Assembly (NCBI GenBank): GCA_013288215.1
Contig: JABDCI010000002.1
Coordinates: 14,226 to 78,225, forward strand
Reading direction: 5' to 3'
From: Verrucomicrobiota bacterium
Lineage (GTDB): Bacteria > Verrucomicrobiota > Verrucomicrobiia > JABWAM01
Length of the DNA stretch: 64,000 bases
The position numbers and the translations under genes are program-made. Every line of letters begins with the position of its first letter. The first letter of the stretch is position 1. The notes beneath the pieces were generated by a model, which was given only the letters and a program-made list of their open reading frames with translations, did not search any database and was not told the DNA's origin. Below are positions 58,816 to 64,000 of the stretch, piece after piece.

Positions 58816-59598
58816 ATGGGCCGTTGCAAATTTTTCCCTCTTTTTTCCCTGGGGATTCTCCCGATAGTAGGCGTCCTCATCTTCTCCGCTCTCGCATCGG
58901 CCAAGTCGGACGAAATCTCCGTCTTTGCGGCAGCCAGTCTCGCTGACGCGCTCAAGGAAATCAGCAAACTGCACGAGCGCGAGACCGGCACTCAGGTTGC
59001 CCTGAATCTTGCCGCCTCCAACATTTTGGAACGGCAAATCGAGGAGGGTGCGCCTGCCGATCTCTTTTTTTCAGCGGACGAAGAAAAGATGGATCTCTTG
59101 TCAAAAAAGGCCCTGATCGTTGCCGGAAGTCGCAAAAGTCTCCTTTCGAATCGACTGGTCATCATTGGACAGAAAGAGAGCCCCTTCGAGTTGCATCAGA
59201 TCCAGGATTTAAACACCCCGCAATTTTCCCGGATCGCCCTGGCCGATCCGCAAGGAGTTCCCGCCGGCATCTATGCTAAAAGCTACCTCGAGTCGAAAGG
59301 CCTTTGGAGCGCGCTCCTTCCGCACATCATTCCGACAGAAAATGTGCGGGCTGCGATGGCTGCCGTGGAGTCAGGAAATGCGGATGCAGCCATCGTCTAC
59401 CTCTCGGACGCAAAGAGCTCCACAAAGACTCGTATTCTCTATGATATTCCTGCCGCAGATTCTCCGCGCATATCCTATCCTGTTGCGATCCTGAGGGAAT
59501 CCGCACACTTGGATTCCGCGAAAAAGTTCATGGAGACGCTTCAAAGCCCAACCGCTCAAGAAATTTTCATAAAACATGGATTCATCGTGCTGCCATGA
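58816..59598 (+). CDS. modA: molybdate ABC transporter substrate-binding protein
   Basis: signal peptide; ISVFAAASLADAL, FFSADEEKMD, GVPAGIYAK. Confidence 0.88.
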   Translation: MGRCKFFPLFSLGILPIVGVLIFSALASAKSDEISVFAAASLADALKEISKLHERETGTQVALNLAASNILERQIEEGAPADLFFSADEEKMDLLSKKALIVAGSRKSLLSNRLVIIGQKESPFELHQIQDLNTPQFSRIALADPQGVPAGIYAKSYLESKGLWSALLPHIIPTENVRAAMAAVESGNADAAIVYLSDAKSSTKTRILYDIPAADSPRISYPVAILRESAHLDSAKKFMETLQSPTAQEIFIKHGFIVLP

Positions 59599-60272
59599 AC
59601 TTCGGGGATGAAATGCAAATCATCGGGTTCACGCTTTGGGTCGCCGTCCTGAGCACTCTCCTCATTCTTCCTCCGGGACTTGCCCTTGCCTGGATCCTTG
59701 CGCGAAAAAATTGGAGGGGCAAATCTTTGGTCGAAACCTTCATTACGCTGCCGCTTGTTTTGCCTCCCGTCGCGACAGGACTGATCCTCCTCAAACTTTT
59801 CGGCAGAAAAGGGCCGATCGGATCCATGGTTCACGATGGGTGGGGCATGGACATCGCCTTTACGTGGCGCGCGGTTGTGATCGCAGCGAGCGTCATGTCC
59901 TTCCCTCTCCTTGTGCGCAGCGCGCGTCCCGCGTTCGAGGAGGTGAACCCCCGGCTCGAGCAAATTGCGTCAACTCTTGGTGCTGGAAGGATTCGTGTTT
60001 TTTTCACGATTACGGTTTTGCTGGCAAAGCGAGGCATCCTTGCAGGTACCCTCCTCGCTTTCGCCCGGGCAGTCGGGGAATTCGGCGCCACGATCCTCGT
60101 GGCGGGCAATATCCCCCGCAAGACCTCCACCCTTTCGCTCGCGATCTATCAATGTTTTCAACTCGGTCATGACTCGACCGTGTGGAGGCTCTTGCTCATT
60201 TCTCTTTTGATCGCGCTGGGCGCGGTATGGTGCAGTGAGTGGCTTCTCAGCAAGCCGCTCTCTTCCCGATGA
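59595..60272 (+). CDS. modB: molybdate ABC transporter permease
   Basis: 225 aa; EAA-loop region ASTLGAGRIRVFFTITVLLAKRGILAG; ATG overlaps the modA stop. Confidence 0.88.
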   Translation: MNFGDEMQIIGFTLWVAVLSTLLILPPGLALAWILARKNWRGKSLVETFITLPLVLPPVATGLILLKLFGRKGPIGSMVHDGWGMDIAFTWRAVVIAASVMSFPLLVRSARPAFEEVNPRLEQIASTLGAGRIRVFFTITVLLAKRGILAGTLLAFARAVGEFGATILVAGNIPRKTSTLSLAIYQCFQLGHDSTVWRLLLISLLIALGAVWCSEWLLSKPLSSR

Positions 60273-60943
60273 TCCTCGAACTCCAAAACATCCGGCTGTC
60301 GTTAGAGCCTTTCGATCTGCTATTGAATACCTCTGTCGAGGGAGACGTCATTGCCATCTACGGCCCTTCAGGATCTGGCAAAACGTCTCTTCTTGACCTG
60401 ATCGCCGGCCTGCGGCGTCCCGCTTCGGCAACAATCCGGATGAATGGCATGCTCTGGACCGATGTTGGGAATGCGAAACAACGCGTCGAAATGCCGCCCT
60501 CAAGACGATGCCTGGGCTATGTGCCCCAGGATCTTTGTCTTTTCCCTCATCTCTCTGTCTTTAAAAATCTTTCTTACGGTTACAAAAGGCATGGAGATGA
60601 TCTTATTACTCTCGAACACGTGACGGAGACATTGGAGATCTCAACGCTGCTCGGCCGTGGCATCTCGGATCTATCGGGGGGTGAAAAACAGCGCGTCGCG
60701 CTGGCTCGCGCGCTTCTGACACATCCCAGGCTTCTCCTGCTCGACGAACCTCTCGCCTCCCTCGATCCCTCCCTCAAGTCAAAGAGCTTGGAGCTTTTGA
60801 AGCGGGTACAGACCGAGTTTCAACTTCCGATGCTCTACGTGACCCACGAAGCAGGAGAGATCTTGGACTTATGCGATCAGGTTCTCATCTTCGAACGCGG
60901 ACAATGCGTGCGCCAAGGCACGCCAGCACTTACGCTGTCGTGA
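60269..60943 (+). CDS. modC: molybdate ABC transporter ATP-binding protein, NBD only (no C-terminal TOBE-like domain)
   Basis: Walker A GPSGSGKTS, signature LSGGEKQRVALARAL, Walker B LLLLDEP; 224 aa; ATG overlaps the modB stop. Confidence 0.85.
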   Translation: MILELQNIRLSLEPFDLLLNTSVEGDVIAIYGPSGSGKTSLLDLIAGLRRPASATIRMNGMLWTDVGNAKQRVEMPPSRRCLGYVPQDLCLFPHLSVFKNLSYGYKRHGDDLITLEHVTETLEISTLLGRGISDLSGGEKQRVALARALLTHPRLLLLDEPLASLDPSLKSKSLELLKRVQTEFQLPMLYVTHEAGEILDLCDQVLIFERGQCVRQGTPALTLS

Positions 60944-60957
60944 TCGGCCCGCAAGAA

Positions 60958-61302
60958 TCATTCTTCGTCGGGAGATGAATTCACTTCATTTTTCTTGAGG
61001 AACGAATCGAATTTGCGCTCCTCTCTTTCGGTCTCCAACCTGTCGTATTGCAAGCGGCGCCAGAAAATAACCATGGCCATGGAATTGCACGCGAGAAAAA
61101 GAAACATCATGCAATCGATCAACACGAGACGCATCCGATTCAGCACTTCCGAACGTTTCGGAGAGGCCCCATGGACTTGATTGGGATGATCCTGCGAAAC
61201 AAGAATCGAGTCCGGTTCGGGCGCATAGACAGACTTCGGAACGAAAAAATACGCAATGAGCAGGAATTCCAGAATCAGCGACAAGACGATCAATGCCTTC
61301 AT
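60958..61302 (-). CDS. small two-TM hypothetical membrane protein
   Basis: 114 aa from ATG 61302 (MKALIVLSLILEFLLIAYFF...); the ORF-track 5' extension overlaps tRNA-Val and is discarded. Confidence 0.35.
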   Translation of the reverse strand: MKALIVLSLILEFLLIAYFFVPKSVYAPEPDSILVSQDHPNQVHGASPKRSEVLNRMRLVLIDCMMFLFLACNSMAMVIFWRRLQYDRLETEREERKFDSFLKKNEVNSSPDEE

Positions 61303-61344
61303 GTCGAATGAAGCTTCGCTCGGCAGGTCCCCGACTGTCAAGAA

Positions 61345-61419
61345 TGGTGCGCTGTAGAGGACTTGAACCTCTGACCCCCACCGTGTCAAGGTGATGCTCT
61401 ACCACTGAGCTAACAGCGC
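61345..61419 (-). tRNA. tRNA-Val (anticodon GAC), CCA encoded
   Basis: reverse complement GCGCTGT-TA-GCTC/AGTGGTA/GAGC-A-TCACC/TTGACAC/GGTGG-GGTC-AGAGG/TTCAAGT/CCTCT-ACAGCGC-ACCA. Confidence 0.92.
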
Positions 61420-61748
61420 TCTCCTCTATAGGAAGCGTCATGGAGCCCCATCGAACGTTAACAAAACTGCCAAAGTGTGACAGTCACGTGTGGCCGTCCA
61501 AGGGTCGTTTTTCCAATACGCATGAAGAAGCAAAAATTACGGGGAATCTATCAGTGAGGCAAGGTTTTTTGGCTTGCCAAGCACGAACGTCATTTTGGGA
61601 TTCCTGCCATCCCTCGCGATTTGCGAACGGCGCTCATCCATTCCGAAGCAAAGCTTGTCCATGTCTGGAAAAGCAAGGCGTGGCACCATCGGAAATTCAG
61701 AACCGAGATGGCAAATCAAAACGAATCGGTGAAAAGGGATTGCTTGGC

Positions 61749-62411
61749 TTACAGCTCACGATCCTCTTTTCGAATTTCTTTCGGAAACAATTGAAACGTT
61801 TGCCGCGAAAGCCGCTTCATTTTTCCGGCACCCTCCAGCTCGGTCAGTGCGCGCGACAAACTCTCGGCGCGGATCCCGAGGAGCAACGCGAGATCCTGAT
61901 GATTGATCCCGAGTCGCACGACACCAAATTGAGGATTTGGTTTTTGTTCCAATCGGCGAAGCAAATAACGCAAGATTCTCTGTTGAGCATCTGCGAGCGT
62001 CAAATCGAAGATTGCATCTCGAAATTCTGTGATGCGATCGCAGAGTGCGCACGCCGCCTTCCACGCGAGTGCTGGATCGGATTGCAGCGCTTTGCGCGCC
62101 TCCAACTTGGGAAGAAGACTCAGTTCACAGCTCGAAACGCAGCGGGCTGAAACCGGATACCAGTCCACCTGCTTAAAAAGCGGCACCTCAGCAAAAAGTT
62201 CCCCTGCTTCAACCTGCCGTACGATCTGTTCCTTCCCTGCGCTCGACGTTTTGAACAGCACCACATTCCCTTTATGAAGCATCCACGGGCCGAGATATTC
62301 GACGCCTTCACGGAAGACCAGGACGCTTTTGGAACACAATTTGGACCGGGCTTCATGGCGGGTTTTCTCGTAAAGCGCATGGGCGAAATTTCTAAGGGGA
62401 ACGGACGACAT
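61749..62411 (-). CDS. Crp/Fnr family transcriptional regulator
   Basis: 220 aa from ATG 62411; cNMP-binding-like beta-roll (GELFAEVPLF) and C-terminal HTH with an E--SR recognition motif (RAESLSRAL); no N-terminal Cys cluster. Confidence 0.8.
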   Translation of the reverse strand: MSSVPLRNFAHALYEKTRHEARSKLCSKSVLVFREGVEYLGPWMLHKGNVVLFKTSSAGKEQIVRQVEAGELFAEVPLFKQVDWYPVSARCVSSCELSLLPKLEARKALQSDPALAWKAACALCDRITEFRDAIFDLTLADAQQRILRYLLRRLEQKPNPQFGVVRLGINHQDLALLLGIRAESLSRALTELEGAGKMKRLSRQTFQLFPKEIRKEDREL

Positions 62412-62433
62412 CGCTTCAGTAAACAGGCTGGTC

Positions 62434-62447
62434 TTGACCTGTATCAA
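62434..62447. promoter_or_regulatory. FNR/CRP-family box TTGAC-CTGT-ATCAA
   Basis: 9/10 match to the TTGAT-N4-ATCAA consensus; 23 nt upstream of the divergent Crp/Fnr-family gene and upstream of the methyltransferase gene. Confidence 0.45.
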
Positions 62448-62523
62448 GGCTCTTTTGCCCAGAACACACGATGGTGATGATGTGGAAACCAAAGGCATCG
62501 ACCTCCATGTCGAAAATGAAGGG

Positions 62524-63327
62524 GTGCTTCCCGGAGCCAAGTTGACCGCCAGAAAAATGCCCGGACATTGGCTTCTCGCGCGGTTGGGCAAACGGGTGCT
62601 GCGCCCCGGCGGATGGGAGCTTACCCAGCGCATGCTGGAATCGCTGGCCATTCAACCATCGGATGCCGTCGTGGAATTTGCACCCGGCCTGGGTGTGACC
62701 GCCCGCCTTGCTTTGAAGCGACGTCCAGCTTCCTACATCGGAATCGAAGAAGATGAAAGAGCCGCCATCCGAGTCCGCCGCTTGCTGGCGGGTCCCCATC
62801 AACAATGTCGGGTGGGCCATGCCGGAGAAAGCAAACTGCCGGAAAATTCAGCCACGGTTGTTTTCGGGGAAGCGATGCTGACCATGCAAGGGGCTGCCCA
62901 GAAACAGCGGATTGTGCAAGAGGCTGTCCGGGTATTGAAACCTGGGGGCCGTTACGGAATTCACGAGATAAGTCTCGTCCCGGACGATTTGGATGAAAGC
63001 ATCAAGCAGGAAATTCAGCAGGCACTCTCACACGCGATTCATGTCGGCACCAAGCCGCTCACTTCAAAAGAGTGGCGCGCCCTTTTAGAAGAGGAAGGCT
63101 TTGAGATCCAAATGGAAGCGCGTCGGACCCTGCGATTGCTGGAACCGGACCGGCTGATTCAGGATGAAGGATTGCGAGGGGCCCTGCGATTTTTTTGGAA
63201 TCTGTGCCAGGACCGGGAAGCTCGCCAGCGTGTTTTGGCGATGCGCCGGATTTTTGTAAAATACAGTTCCCATTTGGCGGCCATCATGTTGGTCGGCATC
63301 AAGCGTTCTGAACAGCACGAAGAATAA
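62524..63327 (+). CDS. class I SAM-dependent methyltransferase
   Basis: VVEFAPGLGVTARLAL (motif I), VLKPGGRYGIHE; start uncertain (GTG 62482, GTG 62524 or ATG 62557); the ORF-track TTG 62434 is part of the FNR-like box. Confidence 0.7.
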   Translation: MLPGAKLTARKMPGHWLLARLGKRVLRPGGWELTQRMLESLAIQPSDAVVEFAPGLGVTARLALKRRPASYIGIEEDERAAIRVRRLLAGPHQQCRVGHAGESKLPENSATVVFGEAMLTMQGAAQKQRIVQEAVRVLKPGGRYGIHEISLVPDDLDESIKQEIQQALSHAIHVGTKPLTSKEWRALLEEEGFEIQMEARRTLRLLEPDRLIQDEGLRGALRFFWNLCQDREARQRVLAMRRIFVKYSSHLAAIMLVGIKRSEQHEE

Positions 63328-63448
63328 CCCTTGCATCCCACACAACCTTGGGAGGGAGTTCGATGGCCTGGCTAAAATTCATGTTGTCAAAGAGACGATT
63401 CATGATATCATTTCTGTTCCTTTTTCGACTTTTTAACTCGGTATTTTT

Positions 63449-64000
63449 ATGGCCAAACAAGTTTCTCTTAAAGCGACCTTTCGCTCTGGATCCGGACGCC
63501 AGCAGGCGCGCAAAACACGCGAATCTGCGCAAATCCCAGCGATTATTTACGGCTCCCACATCCAGCCGACCTCGATCCAGGTGGACGCTCGTGAACTCGA
63601 TCGAATCTTCAAGCATGCCACCAGCGAGAACATGCTGGTCGATCTGACTCTGGATGAGAATGGCAAGATTAGCAATCGGCTGGCCTTCATTCAGGAAATC
63701 CAACACGACCCGCTTACGGACCGCGTTCTGCATCTGGATTTTCATGAAATTCGCGCGGATGAGAAACTCCACGCTCGTGTGGCGGTGATTGCGATCGGCG
63801 AGCCTGAAGGCGTGCGCACGGGCGGTGGCGTTCTCGCCCAAATGCTGCGTGAGCTTGAAGTGGAATGCCTTCCAAAGGATCTTCCTGATAGTATCGAAGT
63901 GGATGTCTCCGCCCTCCTGATCGGCAGCAATATTCATGTTCATGAACTGAAAGTCCCGGCAAACCTCACCGTGCTGAACCAAGCGGATGTCTCGGTCTTC
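63449..64000 (+). CDS. rplY: 50S ribosomal protein L25 / general stress protein Ctc, 3' end beyond the window
   Basis: own translation from ATG 63449: MAKQVSLKATFRSGSGRQQARKTRESAQIPAIIYGSHIQPTSIQVDAREL...HLDFHEIRADEKLHARVAVIAIGEPEGVRTGGGVL...; open to the window end, hence absent from the ORF track. Confidence 0.85.
   Translation, partial: MAKQVSLKATFRSGSGRQQARKTRESAQIPAIIYGSHIQPTSIQVDARELDRIFKHATSENMLVDLTLDENGKISNRLAFIQEIQHDPLTDRVLHLDFHEIRADEKLHARVAVIAIGEPEGVRTGGGVLAQMLRELEVECLPKDLPDSIEVDVSALLIGSNIHVHELKVPANLTVLNQADVSVF

Noticed and set aside
61420-61748. 329-bp spacer between tRNA-Val and the Crp/Fnr gene, with a 236-aa plus-strand ORF (61440-62150), a 60-aa minus ORF, and a GGCAAG...CTTGCC hairpin near 61558-61580
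   Set aside because: The long ORF runs antisense through the Crp/Fnr gene. The hairpin has no flanking U-tract on either strand. I could not recognise any known ncRNA (6S, SRP, tmRNA, RNase P) by eye.
1-64000. Scan for CRISPR arrays, IS elements/transposases, integrases, phage genes, rRNA
   Set aside because: I saw no regularly spaced short repeats, no terminal inverted repeats, no DDE/tyrosine/serine recombinase motifs and no rRNA-like sequence. The only repeat pair found is the 68-bp degP-end duplication.

Overview
This is a moderately GC-rich bacterial chromosomal window. It is almost entirely core metabolism and housekeeping, and it is densely packed, with many ATGA/GTGA/TGATG start-stop overlaps. 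I call 56 protein-coding genes, 3 tRNAs (Ala-CGC, Leu-TAG, Val-GAC, all with encoded CCA), one pair of 68-bp direct repeats, and two operator-like sites.

Gene order, left to right:
- cytochrome b plus a hexahaem cytochrome c (tail of a bc-complex operon), a methyltransferase, a GH26-like hydrolase, tRNA-Ala
- pheT (no adjacent pheS), an IMPase, purC, an M50 site-2 protease, an MFS transporter
- a block of uncharacterised envelope/signalling genes: an internally duplicated 1.1-kaa CPBP protease, an S55/SpoIVB-like peptidase, a beta-propeller + Y_Y_Y-like protein, a degenerate Ser/Thr kinase and a PAP2 fusion
- a complex-I membrane-arm cluster nuoH-J-K-L-M with no nuoI and no nuoN
- a ~1-kb two-gene cassette (small protein + minimal nucleotidyltransferase-like protein) inserted into the 3' end of degP/htrA
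- DUF2062, sucDC, citrate synthase, an amidase, a TPR protein, nfo, a DEDDy exonuclease, a GAF-GAF histidine kinase, a PpiD-like chaperone
- rplM-rpsI, argC-J-B-D-F, cstA with a fused YbdD-like tail, an AI-2E transporter, MarR + ClC channel, sdhCAB, tRNA-Leu
- a methyltransferase, modABC, tRNA-Val, a Crp/Fnr regulator, a methyltransferase, and the 5' part of L25/Ctc, which runs off the right edge and is absent from the supplied ORF track

I saw no CRISPR array, transposase, integrase or phage genes. The best candidate for something new is the repeat-bracketed cassette at 27.99-29.13 kb. Second tier are the CPBP/S55/propeller/pseudokinase block and the truncated nuo cluster. Taxonomy cannot be established from the sequence alone. 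The gene content looks PVC/Verrucomicrobia-like, but that is only an inference. All family assignments come from motif recognition by eye, not from database searches.
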